A stretch of 61,704 bases of DNA, the filler included. It is 7 parts of 7 records of this genome, joined end to end, with 100 filler letters (N's around TTAATTAATTAA, not from the genome) between each part and the next. Parts side by side here need not be neighbours in the genome. Positions count along the whole stretch, not along the records: positions 1 to 5,678 come from SRR31156797_20418; positions 5,779 to 13,120 come from SRR31156797_20426; 5 more parts are not named here. The stretch is one strand, 5' to 3'. Below the pieces are notes generated by a model. The model was given only the letters and a program-made list of their open reading frames with translations. It was not told the origin of the DNA and ran no database searches. Of this stretch, positions 1 through 10,674 are shown piece after piece; the stretch's first letter is position 1; every line of letters starts with the position of its first letter. The position numbers and the translations under genes were made by a program.

Positions 1-1
1 C

Positions 2-1060
2 GGCATCGCCCATGATTTCAACAATATTCTTTCTTCCATGCTTGGATATACCCATATCGCCAAAAGCCATTTAGGGAATAATCCTTCAGCTGACTACGCA
101 CTGGATAATATTCTTTCAGCAGGTGAGCGAGCAGCAGATCTGATCCAGCAGATCTTAACCTTCAGTAGACAGGAAGAGTCACCTGAGCCCTATAACCCGC
201 TCAAAATACAATACATATTAAAAGAGGCTCTCAAGCTAATACGCGCATCACTGCCGGCAACCATCAAACTCGAGCAAGACATAGATAATAGTTGTGGCGC
301 AATTCTGGCTGATGCCGGAAAAATGCATCAAGTTATCACTAACCTCCTGGCAAATGCCAGAGAGGCTATCAAAGACGATTATGGCCTGCTCAGTGTCCAA
401 TTAAAACAACAGGAGGCCGGAAAAAAGGTCTGTCTCATAATTTCTGACAATGGCTGCGGAATGGACAGCCAAGCTGTCAAACGTATTTTTGATCCTTTTT
501 TCACCACCCAGCCAAAGAACCACGCCACAGGGCTTGGTATGTCGGTGGTGCACGGCATCGTAAAACAGCATGGCGGCACCATTGATGTACAAAGCCAGGT
601 CAACAAGGGGACGACCTTTACTCTTGTATTCCCGGCAATGAAGGTAAAAAAAATAAAAGCAAAACCCAAAACAGAACAGGTACCAGGAACCAATGAACAC
701 ATACTTATCGTTGACGACGAACCACAGATAGTTGAATTCCTCAGCTTTTTACTCAAAAAAACCGGATACAAAGTTACTCCCTTTACCGACAGCTTAGCGG
801 CTGTCAAACATTTCCGGAACAACAGTAACGACTTTGATTTAGTCATCACTGACCTGACCATGCCCGACATGACAGGAGCAGAGTTGACTAGAGAAGTTTT
901 ATCTCTTAGGCCATCCCTTCCGGTTATCCTCACTACAGGGTACAGTGACAGCATTAACAACGACAAAACCCAAAGGATAGGCATCAGGGAAATCATGGAA
1001 AAACCTCTGCGAAAAAACGACCTGATTCATACAATCAAAAAGGTGCTGGACAATGGCTGA
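2..1060 (+). CDS. Hybrid sensor histidine kinase (HisKA-HATPase-REC), 5'-truncated
   Basis: H-box GIAHDFNNIL read from nt 2; N box (QVITNLLANA), G1 (DNGCGM), F box (FDPFFTT), G2 (GLGMSVVHGIV); C-terminal receiver (LIVDDE...DLVITDLTMP). Confidence 0.93.
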   Translation, partial: GIAHDFNNILSSMLGYTHIAKSHLGNNPSADYALDNILSAGERAADLIQQILTFSRQEESPEPYNPLKIQYILKEALKLIRASLPATIKLEQDIDNSCGAILADAGKMHQVITNLLANAREAIKDDYGLLSVQLKQQEAGKKVCLIISDNGCGMDSQAVKRIFDPFFTTQPKNHATGLGMSVVHGIVKQHGGTIDVQSQVNKGTTFTLVFPAMKVKKIKAKPKTEQVPGTNEHILIVDDEPQIVEFLSFLLKKTGYKVTPFTDSLAAVKHFRNNSNDFDLVITDLTMPDMTGAELTREVLSLRPSLPVILTTGYSDSINNDKTQRIGIREIMEKPLRKNDLIHTIKKVLDNG

Positions 1061-2438
1061 CATTCTCATCCTTGATGATGACAAGGTCCTATGCAAAATG
1101 CTCTGCGAGCAGATGGAAAACAACGGTCATTCAGCCGCCATGACCTATACCCTAGGCACTGGAATTACCGCGGCACAAACGGGGTCTTTTGACGTGGTTC
1201 TCCTTGATGTAGAATTACCTGACGGCAACGGCCTGGAACATATCCAAAGCTTTAAAAAGAGTCCGTCAAATCCGGAAGTCATCATTATCACTGGTCAGGG
1301 AGAGGCCGATGGAGCAGAGCGTGCTGTTATCAGCGGTGCCTGGAGCTATATTGAAAAGCCACACGTTATCAGAGAGATTGACCTCCACCTGACAAGAGCC
1401 CTGCAGTATCGCAAAGAAAAACAAAAAATACAAAAAGTACCCGTTGCACTGAAAAGAGAGCGAATTATCGGCAGTAGTGCGGTACTCAATACCTGCTTCG
1501 ACCAGGTAGCCAGAGCAGCATCCTCTGACGTGAGCGTCCTGATAACCGGACCTACAGGAACAGGCAAAGAACTGTTTGCCAAGGCTATTCACGAAAACAG
1601 CGCCAGGCATAATGAAAATTTTGTTATTGTAGACTGCGCGGCTCTACCGGAAACGCTTATCGAGAGCACCCTCTTTGGTCATGTCAAGGGCGCTTTTACC
1701 GGGGCTGATAAAGGCCAGGATGGGCTGGTAAAGCACGCCCACCAGGGAACCCTTTTCCTGGACGAAGTTGGTGAACTCCCGTTATCAATCCAAAAAACCT
1801 TTCTTCGCTTACTCCAGGAACATGAATATCGCCCGGTGGGTTCATCGCGTCACCACTTCAGCAATTTCAGACTGGTTGCAGCCACCAATAGAAACCTTGA
1901 AGATATGGTCAGGGAGGGCAACTTCAGAAGCGACCTGCTTTTCAGACTTGAAGCCTTCACTCTCCAACTTCCTCCTCTCAAAGAACGTTTGGAAGACATC
2001 AGAGAACTGGTAACGTATTTTATCTCACAGCTCTGCGAACGCTATAACACCGAATCAAAAGGTATCGGCACCGACCTCATAGAAACCCTGGCCGCTTATG
2101 ACTGGCCAGGAAATGTGAGAGAGCTGTATCAGACCATAGAGCAACTTTTCACCAGTCCATCACTTGGGCCGACCTGTTTCTCCATCCACCTTCCTGAAAA
2201 ATTCAGAATATTGCAACTCCGCGCAGGTTTTAATGGCAGAAACGACCTCCCCTATTCCCCACAAGCATTACAAGATCCCCTCCCCTGGCGTGTTTTTAAA
2301 GAACAGTGCGAGAAGGAATATGTGAGTAAATTACGCTCTACTGCTCAAGGTAATGTCAGCCGGGCATGTAAACTCTCCGGACTCTCTCGGACCAGACTGT
2401 ACCAACTTATCAAAAAATACGATTTGCCGTTTTCATAA
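1053..2438 (+). CDS. NtrC-family sigma54-dependent response regulator (REC-AAA+-Fis HTH)
   Basis: Receiver N-terminus, Walker A GPTGTGKE, GAFTGA loop, LFLDEVGE, WPGNVREL, C-terminal HTH. Confidence 0.96.
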   Translation: MADILILDDDKVLCKMLCEQMENNGHSAAMTYTLGTGITAAQTGSFDVVLLDVELPDGNGLEHIQSFKKSPSNPEVIIITGQGEADGAERAVISGAWSYIEKPHVIREIDLHLTRALQYRKEKQKIQKVPVALKRERIIGSSAVLNTCFDQVARAASSDVSVLITGPTGTGKELFAKAIHENSARHNENFVIVDCAALPETLIESTLFGHVKGAFTGADKGQDGLVKHAHQGTLFLDEVGELPLSIQKTFLRLLQEHEYRPVGSSRHHFSNFRLVAATNRNLEDMVREGNFRSDLLFRLEAFTLQLPPLKERLEDIRELVTYFISQLCERYNTESKGIGTDLIETLAAYDWPGNVRELYQTIEQLFTSPSLGPTCFSIHLPEKFRILQLRAGFNGRNDLPYSPQALQDPLPWRVFKEQCEKEYVSKLRSTAQGNVSRACKLSGLSRTRLYQLIKKYDLPFS

Positions 2439-2638
2439 GCAACCGCACTTACAACAGCGGCTATGGCAACAGGAAATGGCTGCATTGAAGAAAGCCCCTC
2501 TTTCTGTCCACAAAAGTTAACACACACACGATAGTTTACACCCCTTTTGCCTCCCAAAAAATGATATCTGCTCTATCCTCCCTCTGAATCCCCACGAATT
2601 ACAGCAATATTTTATTTAGGCCACTGTCAGGCGCAAAA

Positions 2639-2654
2639 CGGCACACTTGCTGCA
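2639..2654 (+). promoter_or_regulatory. Sigma54 -24/-12 promoter
   Basis: CGGCAC-ACTTG-CTGCA with exact GG-N10-GC spacing, just downstream of a bEBP gene and about 90 bp upstream of the next operon. Confidence 0.7.
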
Positions 2655-2740
2655 ATTTCACTAGTAACAAATCAAATTGCTTTTAAAAGTGCACAGCAAT
2701 TTGTCCACTTACCAGACTATGCCATGAATATATCTATGCC

Positions 2741-3196
2741 ATGAATATATTTTTCTCATCCTCAATAAAAAACCCATGCAGCCATACCTGTTCTTTTCAG
2801 TCCTGTCCGGAAAAATACCTCTGCAAGCTCAGGGAAATCCCCTGCCTTGCCGAAATAAATCTGCTCCCCAACGACTTGCTTTTCAAACCTTCCCTTTCAT
2901 CGCCACTCAAAGGCGGAGACCTTCTTATTCTCCATATTGACACCCAGAAAGACCTGGAACAATTGATCGAAAGACGAAAGGCCGTGGAACAATTTCGTCT
3001 TATTCTCATCATCGGTGAACAAGCTTACCACAACTGCAGGAGTTACCATTTGCTTACCCCCCGCTTCATCATGACATCCGAACAAGACGTAACTGTGTTG
3101 AAAGACGTTGTTGGAAAAATGTCTGGTTATGCCCATGTTGCAGCTCCCGATCAGCAATCAGCTCACAACGCAACACTCAAACCTTCTGCCAGGTGA
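2741..3196 (+). CDS. Hypothetical protein, possibly degenerate receiver-like fold
   Basis: 151-aa ORF between the sigma54 promoter and cheW; no recognisable catalytic motif. Confidence 0.6.
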   Translation: MNIFFSSSIKNPCSHTCSFQSCPEKYLCKLREIPCLAEINLLPNDLLFKPSLSSPLKGGDLLILHIDTQKDLEQLIERRKAVEQFRLILIIGEQAYHNCRSYHLLTPRFIMTSEQDVTVLKDVVGKMSGYAHVAAPDQQSAHNATLKPSAR

Positions 3197-3200
3197 AACC

Positions 3201-4745
3201 ATGACTCAAGAAAAACTCTTTGCCTCGTTTTTGCTCGACAAAGCCCAGGGGGTGGAAATTGCTCTGAGAGCCGAACAGGTAACCGAAGCAACCCACATCC
3301 AGGGAGGTATCCAAAAACTGCCTGGCAGCGTCGATTTCCTTGAAGGGTTTATGCATCTTCGCGACGATGTCATCCCGGTGATCAACCTGAAAAAAAGGCT
3401 CGGCTTTACCCCTGAAAACTATCCCCCAGACGCCAAAGTAGCTGTCATTTCTCTTTTCAATACCCGCTACGGACTGCTGTTTGAGGACATCCGGGAAGTA
3501 TTCCGGGTAAAATCGGAAACAATAATACCCATCAACCCAGCACTGAGGACAAAGGATCAGGCAATTTCTGCTCTTATAAAAATTGAACCCGGCAAACGGG
3601 CTGTGGAAATACTTGACCTGAACCATCTGTTCATTAATCCCCCAGCAGACACCTCAGATCACGTAGGAGACCAAATTCCCCTGGAATCGGTTACCCGACA
3701 AACAACCTACTCACGCTATGTCATCTTCCGCTCGGGCCAGCAGGACTACGGCGTATCTGTTGACATAGCTAGGGAAATAACCTTTTGCAGTGAGATTAAC
3801 GAAATGTTCAAGAGCGGGATAATCGCCGGCGCGATTGAGCTCCGCGGCAGGTCCATCCCTGTAATGGACACCCAAGTCCTCCTTACCAACAGCGACGAGG
3901 AAGAGTTGGTCACCGGGGAGAACTCACGCATCCTGATTCTTGCCTCAGACAACTGTTCTGTCGGCCTGGTTGTGGATGAGATTAAAGAGATCACAACTGT
4001 TGCTGATGACTCAATCCTTCCCTTCCCCTATAGCGATAACGAGAACGTGAAAGGAATGCTGTCTGGACCTGGACAACAAAATACCATTCTGCTGGATGTA
4101 CACAACCTGATATGTACCCATACTGACGCCATTAAATCCATGGCAAACATCGGCAACAGCGGTAAGGAACAGGAAGCTGAGGATACCCATACGGGTTCCC
4201 CTGCCATTACCCACCACCTTATTACTGAAAACTGCTACCTGATATTCACCATCGGCAAAAATTTTGCCATCGAGATAAAAGACGTCAAGGAAATAATTGA
4301 AAGCGATCATGTCATGAAAGTGCCGGGGGCTTCCGGTTACAGTACAGAGGTCATTAACCTCCGCGGAAAAATTGTCCCGATCATAAACCTCAGGGCTTTT
4401 TATCAATTTGATATACACCAAAAAGCAGGGCCTAACAAACTGATCATCTGCAGTGCTCACGGCCAGACAGTAGCTCTGGAGGTGGACCAAATAGTAACAA
4501 TTTACAAGCAAGAACAATTCTATAACACGCCCTCTTTGGGTAATCAGCTACGCAGCAAAAAAGATACTCTGGACCGACTCATCGAATACCTCAATGATAT
4601 AGGGATCAACGAGCATGTCCTGGTACTGAACATACACAGCCTGATCCGTAATCACCTCCAACTTGAAACAAAAAGTCTACAGGCACCAGACGTGCGTGCT
4701 GATGAACGTGCCGACGATACAACAATTGAACAACCCAAGGGGTAA
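3201..4745 (+). CDS. cheW: Chemotaxis adaptor with three tandem CheW domains
   Basis: Three CheW signatures: GFMHLRDDVIPVINL, GAIELRGRSIPVMDT, EVINLRGKIVPIINL; start reassigned to ATG 3201 after AGGTG RBS. Confidence 0.88.
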   Translation: MTQEKLFASFLLDKAQGVEIALRAEQVTEATHIQGGIQKLPGSVDFLEGFMHLRDDVIPVINLKKRLGFTPENYPPDAKVAVISLFNTRYGLLFEDIREVFRVKSETIIPINPALRTKDQAISALIKIEPGKRAVEILDLNHLFINPPADTSDHVGDQIPLESVTRQTTYSRYVIFRSGQQDYGVSVDIAREITFCSEINEMFKSGIIAGAIELRGRSIPVMDTQVLLTNSDEEELVTGENSRILILASDNCSVGLVVDEIKEITTVADDSILPFPYSDNENVKGMLSGPGQQNTILLDVHNLICTHTDAIKSMANIGNSGKEQEAEDTHTGSPAITHHLITENCYLIFTIGKNFAIEIKDVKEIIESDHVMKVPGASGYSTEVINLRGKIVPIINLRAFYQFDIHQKAGPNKLIICSAHGQTVALEVDQIVTIYKQEQFYNTPSLGNQLRSKKDTLDRLIEYLNDIGINEHVLVLNIHSLIRNHLQLETKSLQAPDVRADERADDTTIEQPKG

Positions 4746-4748
4746 CCA

Positions 4749-5678
4749 ATGGAAACCAAGAAAGACACCACAACATCTGACATGAACACTTCGTACCTTA
4801 ACCTTATGATGAATCCCGGATTTATTGTCAATGATGAGCACATTATTACCTGGGCTAATGAGGCTTTCCTGGACCAGTTTAACCTGCAGCAAACTGATGT
4901 CATAGATAAAATGACTTGTGAAGAAGCCTGCCCTACAGAGCTTTGCGGCACAAAAGACTGCCCAGTAAGTAAGGCAACCAGGATCGGCAAGCCTGCATCA
5001 GCAGAGGTCATTTACAAAACTCCAGAGAACCAAATCCGCCAATTCCAATCCAGCGCCCGCCCGGTCAACGGCAAGGGAAACGGCACCTTTGTTTCCATGA
5101 ACGATATTTCAGAACTAAAAAGCACCCAGGCAGACCTACGCCAGGTTATGACAGATCTTAACGTGATTCCGACTCCTATCATAGAGATTGACAAGAATTT
5201 CTCGATTACTTTCATAAACCCGGCTGGGGCAGCTGTGGTTGGCTCAACCCCTGATGAGGTGGTTGGGAAAAAATGCTATGACCTGTTCAAAACCCCTCAT
5301 TGCAAAACCGACAAATGTGCCTGTGCAAGAGCCATGAAAACCGATTCTGTGGTAACCGAACACACCATTGCCAGGCCAAAAGATGGAGTGATTGTCCCTA
5401 TAAAATATACAGGAGCACCGATTAAAGATGCCAAGGGCAACATCAAGGGTGCAATTGAATATGTGGTAGACGTTACGGAAGAGACAAAGCAAAAACAGGC
5501 TGCTGATGAGAAAATCGAAAATCTCAACACCATACCTACTCCCATCATGTCGATTGACACTGACTACAATATCACTTTCATGAATCCTGCGGGAGCCGCT
5601 GTGGTCGGATCTACCCCGGACGAACTGGTAGGAAAAAAGTGTTACGATCTCTTTAAAACCCCCCACTGTAAAACAGAC
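4749..5678 (+). CDS. Multi-PAS protein with Cys-rich PAS repeats, probably a soluble chemoreceptor; 3'-truncated
   Basis: At least three PAS units, two near-identical (IPTPI..ID....ITF.NPAGAAVVGSTPDE.VGKKCYDLFKTPHCKTD); follows cheW. Confidence 0.8.
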
Positions 5679-5778
5679 NNNNNNNNNNNNNNNNNNNNNN
5701 NNNNNNNNNNNNNNNNNNNNNNTTAATTAATTAANNNNNNNNNNNNNNNNNNNNNNNNNNNNNNNNNNNNNNNNNNNN
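5679..5778. other. Artificial contig spacer
   Basis: N44-TTAATTAATTAA-N44; stops in all six frames; composition changes across it. Confidence 0.99.
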
Positions 5779-7634
5779 CCTCCCAGGGCGCGGTCGCTCT
5801 CTTCGGCCAGTTCTTTCAGGATGGCACTCAGTCGCTCCGTCTCTTCAAGGGCCTCCCGGTTGACCGTTCCGATGGAGGTTCCGGGCAGGATGTCATGGAA
5901 CTGAAGGGTGAGGAGCCCTTTCCAGCACTCCTCCAGCCTTACGGCATGGGCCCTGAGAAGGTCCTCCCGGCCTCCCCTGCGGAAGAGCCGCACCTCCCGG
6001 AGTTCCTGCTCCCTGAGAGCGTACTCCAGCTTGCGGTTCATCCTTTTCAGGGCAGCCATGGTCGTATACGTGCCCCTGTGAAGCTCCAGGTAGAGCTCTC
6101 CTTTGTATAGGGGAAGGGCTTCGGGATCGGGACAGATCTCTTCCAGGGCCTCGCTCAGGCCGGCCCAGCGGTTCCGGGGCAATCCCTGAAGGTCCTCCAT
6201 ACGCCTCATCATCTCGATATCGGCTCTCATGGTGCCGCCGCCTCCGTCCCCCTCTCCGATGGAACGGAGCAGGGCGTCCTGGCAGTCCTTGTGCTGAACC
6301 CTGTCCCAGGCCGCCTTCATCTGCTCGGGGCTGTTCAAGCCCTCGTAGGCGGTAGTGATAAAATGGGTGGGGATGACGGTCCCGTCGATCCCCTGCCAGC
6401 GGAAGAGATCGAAGGGGAAGCGGGTGGTATCGTTCCAGCTGATCTTGCTGGTGACGAAGCGCTTGATGCCGCAGCCCGCCAGGATCTGGGGCATGCCGGC
6501 GGTATAACCGAATACGTCGGGCAGCCAGAGCACGTCCCCTGTGTAGCCGAAGAGCTCTCTCGTGGCCTTCCGTCCCATCAGAAACTGCCGGATCAGGGAC
6601 TCCCCTCCCGCCAGGTTGCAGTCGGCCTCTACCCACATGCCCCCGTTGGGTTCCCACTGGCCTCTGTCCACAGCCCTCTTAACGCCAGCGAAGATCGCGG
6701 GGTAGTTCTCCTTCAGATCGACCATCTGCACCGGTTGGGAAAATAAAAAGCGGAACTCAGGGTACTCGTCCAGATAGCTGAGCATATTGGCGCAGGTCCG
6801 GGCGCTCTTCCGGGAGGTTTCGGCCATGGGCCAGAGCCAGGCATGGTCCAGATGGGCGTTGCCCAGCGAATAGATCCGGGGGGCCAGGCTGCCGTTCTTC
6901 AGCTTCAGCAGGGGCTTCAGGGCAGGCCGGACGGCGGCGCATTGCTCCCGCAGCTCTGTCTCGGAGGCCGTGAAATCGATATCCATAAGCCCACGGTGCA
7001 TATCCCGGACCAGGCGGCTGCGCAGGAGGCTCCCCTCTTCCTGGATACCGGCGGTCTCGAAAAGGACTTTCAGGTCATAGTAAAGATCATAGATCGCCCT
7101 TTCCCGCAGGAGGAGGCGGGGCTCCTCCAGGATAAGGGGATAAGAGCCCTGACGATGGGCCACGGTGGTCATCACCCGGGGGCCGTCGAAGGGGTGGTAA
7201 CCCGGGAAGGTATGACCCGCCCAGGCCTCAATGGCCACATCCAGTTTGCCGTCAATGACCTGCTCGGGCCGTAAACGGAGCTTTCCGTGGAAGGGATTGA
7301 GGGCGCCGGCGGGTTCGCCGTTTACAAATACCAGGCTGTCTGTCTGGGGCCGAGCCTCCAGGAAGAGCTCCCCGCCGGCCGCGATCCCGGGCTCTCCGAG
7401 AGCGATGCGGCTGCGGAACCACCAGCTTTTATGATCCTCTCCCCAGCTGTGGGGAAAGGCGTCAACGGGATGCCACTCCATATCCCGCTCCGTCGGCACG
7501 GAGCGATAGATCCTGTCTGTGATGCCGTACTCCCACCGCGCCGACAGGACGGCGGGCGGCAGGGCCCGATACTTCCTGCGGTCCAGAAACTCCAGATACT
7601 GGGCGATCCTCGCCTCGCTCTTCTTATAGATCAT
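5779..7634 (-). CDS. GH38 alpha-mannosidase, 3'-truncated
   Basis: GNAHLDHAWLWP, WLPDVFGY, YKGELYLELHRGTYTT, QFHDILPGTSI motifs. Confidence 0.93.
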
Positions 7635-7641
7635 ATGCCTT

Positions 7642-8820
7642 TTACCCTTTCACCCTCTCGAGGGCCTGCTCCAGATCCTTCAGCAGGAGGGCGCTGTCCT
7701 CCAGTCCCGCGTGGCAGCGGATCAGAGAGATCCTGTCATCGGGGATGTCATCCTTATCCGCCCACTTGACGGCGGCGGGAAAGATCAGGCTCTCATAGCC
7801 GCCCCAGCTGACGGCCCTTTTGAAAAAGCCCAGGGCATTGGTAAAGGCCTTTACGTCCTCCAGGTTCCTGCTCTTGAGGCGAAAGGAAAAGAGACCTGAT
7901 CCCCCCCTCATCTGCTCGCAGGCCAGACCGTACTGGGGATAGGATTCCAGGAAGGGATAGAGAACGCTCTCCACCTTGGGATGCTGCTCCAGATAGGCGC
8001 ATAGCTTCTTCGCATTCTCAAAGTGGACGGGCATACGGATATGCATGGTTCTCATGCTCCGCATCACCAGCCAGGCCAGCATGGGATCGGGTACGGGACC
8101 GTTCACCAGAAACTCGTCGTTGAAGATCCTCTTCACGTCCTCGTCGGAGCCGACGATCACGCCCCCTACCACATCCGAGTTGCCCCCCAGATACTTGCTG
8201 ACCGAATGGACGGCCAGGTCTATCCCCATCTCCAGGGGATTCTGGAACAGGGGGGTGGCCCAGGTATTGTCAATGATGGTCTTGATGCCCCTGGAACGGG
8301 CGAAAGAGCCGATCTCTTTCAGATTCTGCAGTTTGAAGGTGAAGGTGGTAGGGCTCTCCAGGATGATGATCCTGGTCTCGGGGCGCACGGCCTTCTGGAA
8401 ATCTTCGATCCGGCAGCCCTCCACGAATGTGCATCCGATTCCGAAGCGCTTCAGATAAACATCCGCCAGGTGGCGGGTCCAGGTGTAGCTGTCCTCAACG
8501 GCGACGATATGGTCCCCCGTTTTCAGGAAGGCGCTGGCCGCAAGGGTCATGGCCGCCACTCCGGAGGACACCAGCTTGGCCCGTTCCCCCTTTTCGAGGG
8601 CGGCGATCTTCTGCTCCGCCAGATTGACGGTGGGATTGTTTCCTCTGGTATAGAGGTAGCTCTTGCTCTCATCGGCCAGGGCGTCCCGAAAGTCCTCATA
8701 GGATTTGTAGCAGAAGATGGAGGTTTGAAATATGGGAGGGCTGACGGCCCCGAAGGGCAGTTCCCTCTCACCCTGATGATGAAGGATGGCGGTCAGGTCT
8801 TCCTGAGAATCGTATGTCAT
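7642..8820 (-). CDS. PLP-dependent Cys/Met metabolism (trans-sulfuration family) lyase
   Basis: PPIFQTS, YTRGNNPT, DNTWATP, HSVSKYLGGNSD (PLP lysine), AVSWGGYESL. Confidence 0.92.
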   Translation of the reverse strand: MTYDSQEDLTAILHHQGERELPFGAVSPPIFQTSIFCYKSYEDFRDALADESKSYLYTRGNNPTVNLAEQKIAALEKGERAKLVSSGVAAMTLAASAFLKTGDHIVAVEDSYTWTRHLADVYLKRFGIGCTFVEGCRIEDFQKAVRPETRIIILESPTTFTFKLQNLKEIGSFARSRGIKTIIDNTWATPLFQNPLEMGIDLAVHSVSKYLGGNSDVVGGVIVGSDEDVKRIFNDEFLVNGPVPDPMLAWLVMRSMRTMHIRMPVHFENAKKLCAYLEQHPKVESVLYPFLESYPQYGLACEQMRGGSGLFSFRLKSRNLEDVKAFTNALGFFKRAVSWGGYESLIFPAAVKWADKDDIPDDRISLIRCHAGLEDSALLLKDLEQALERVKG

Positions 8821-8842
8821 TTTATTCTTTCTTCCTTATTGA

Positions 8843-9679
8843 TTATCCTTTGACGCTGCCCTCGGTCAGACCGGCTACGATGTAACGCTGACCTATGCCG
8901 AAGACGACCATGGTGGGCAGGAGGGCGATGATGATCCCCGCGCTCATAACGTCCCAGCTTATACCCGCTTTGGAGATGAAGGAGTTCAGGGCCACGGGAA
9001 CGGTCATCTTCTCGTCCGAGAGAAGCAGCATCACCGCCAGGAACAGCTCGTTCCAGATATTGATGAAAGCAAAACTGAACAGAGCCGCCATACCCGGCAG
9101 GGTCACCGGCAGGATCACATGGGTCAGAGACTGAAAGGTGGAACAGCCGTCTATCATGGCCGCCTCCTCCAGACTCGCCGGTATTCTGTCAAAGAAACTC
9201 TTGGCCATGATTGTGGAAAAGGCGACCACCGTAGCGATATATACAACACCCAGTATCCCCAGGTTGTTCACCAGCCCCATCTTGGAGAGGGTGGTAAAGA
9301 GGGGAACCATCAGGATAAAGGTGGGTATGGTCTGAGTGAAATAGAGGGCCAGCAGGGTATTCTTTTTGAAGCTCCGCCCCTTGTATCGGCTCAGCGCGAA
9401 ACCGCTGGAGACCGATACCACCATGGCGCCGAAGGAGGCGCAGAGGGAGAGGCCGAGGGAGTTCATAAAATAGCGGCCGAAGCTTGAAAAAGAAAAGAGC
9501 TTCTGGTAGCTGGCCAGGGTCGGGGTTTCGGGCCAGTAGCGGAGAGGCCAGGTATAGATCTCTTTGGGGCCTTTGATGCTGGTCACGAAGATCCAGTAGA
9601 GGGGGCCGATGGCCATAAGTAGGAAGACGCCCAGAAGCACATGGCGCATGATCCTTTCGACAAGGGATTTCTGTTTCAT
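8843..9679 (-). CDS. Carbohydrate ABC transporter permease (MalG-like)
   Basis: Hydrophobic helices; EAA loop SLEEAAMIDGCS. Confidence 0.95.
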   Translation of the reverse strand: MKQKSLVERIMRHVLLGVFLLMAIGPLYWIFVTSIKGPKEIYTWPLRYWPETPTLASYQKLFSFSSFGRYFMNSLGLSLCASFGAMVVSVSSGFALSRYKGRSFKKNTLLALYFTQTIPTFILMVPLFTTLSKMGLVNNLGILGVVYIATVVAFSTIMAKSFFDRIPASLEEAAMIDGCSTFQSLTHVILPVTLPGMAALFSFAFINIWNELFLAVMLLLSDEKMTVPVALNSFISKAGISWDVMSAGIIIALLPTMVVFGIGQRYIVAGLTEGSVKG

Positions 9680-10560
9680 ACCTCACCCTCCTTGCGGGAC
9701 ATAATGTTCAGATAGAAGGTGGCGTAGGCAAACAGGAGAACCATGATGATAACGCCGATGGCGGCGCCCTGGCCGTAGTCGTACTCTTTGAAAATCTTAT
9801 TGATCATCTGCGTGGCCAGGATATTGGTCCTGTTCACGGGACCGCCGTTGGTCATGGCGTAGATGATGTCAGGAAAGTTGATGATCCACATGGTCCTCAG
9901 AAGGGTGGTGCTGACTATGGTGGGCCGGATATAGGGTATGGTCACGCTGAAGAGCTGATGGAACCGTCCGGCTCCGTCTATGGTTGCCGCTTCGTAGAGC
10001 TCACCGGGAACGGACTGCAGGGCCGCCAGAAGCATGATCCCGAAGAAGGGTACGCCGTACCAGACATTGGCGATGATTACCGAGACCATGGCCAGTTTGG
10101 GAGAGGAAATAAAGCCGATGGGCTCGGCGATGATCCCCATCCTGATCAGGACATCGTTCACAAGCCCGAACTGACCGTTAAAGAGCCAGGCCCAGGTCAG
10201 ACCGATGGCGAATCCCGAGAGGGCCCAGGCATAGAAGACCAGTCCCGAATAGATACCCCGTCCCTTAAAGGGCTCCTTCATAAGCATGGCCAGCAGAAAC
10301 CCCAGGAGAAACTGGAGGACCAGAGAGCCGACTACCCAGACCAGGGTATTCCATAGAATCTGGAGAAACCTGATATCCTTGTTGGTCATCACATTGAAAA
10401 AGTTTTCGAAACCATTGTAATGCAGGTTCGACAGATCGAACATATTATAGCTCTGAAACGCTATGGTCGCTCCCTTCAGAACCGGCAGATAGATGAACAG
10501 GATGAGCAGAGCCGCCGCCGGCAGGAGCATAATCCTGTGTGTATTACGCTCGGAAATCAT
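9676..10560 (-). CDS. Carbohydrate ABC transporter permease (MalF-like)
   Basis: EAA loop ELYEAATIDGAG; TNGGP motif. Confidence 0.95.
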   Translation of the reverse strand: MISERNTHRIMLLPAAALLILFIYLPVLKGATIAFQSYNMFDLSNLHYNGFENFFNVMTNKDIRFLQILWNTLVWVVGSLVLQFLLGFLLAMLMKEPFKGRGIYSGLVFYAWALSGFAIGLTWAWLFNGQFGLVNDVLIRMGIIAEPIGFISSPKLAMVSVIIANVWYGVPFFGIMLLAALQSVPGELYEAATIDGAGRFHQLFSVTIPYIRPTIVSTTLLRTMWIINFPDIIYAMTNGGPVNRTNILATQMINKIFKEYDYGQGAAIGVIIMVLLFAYATFYLNIMSRKEGEV

Positions 10561-10674
10561 GATGTCTCCTTGAAAAAGTAAAGAGGGACGCCCCGCCGTC
10601 GGGCAGGGCGCCGTTTTTTTTAATTATCCGGGGGCCCTCCCGAAGGAAGGAACCCCATTGCTATAGAATCGTTA

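Noticed and set aside
2505-2522. Possible enhancer TGTCCA-N6-TTAACA upstream of the contig-1 sigma54 promoter
   Set aside because: Plausible position, but the palindrome is imperfect and has no clear second copy
5723-5734. Recurrent TTAATTAATTAA palindrome
   Set aside because: Always flanked by 44 Ns on each side; an artificial all-frame stop linker
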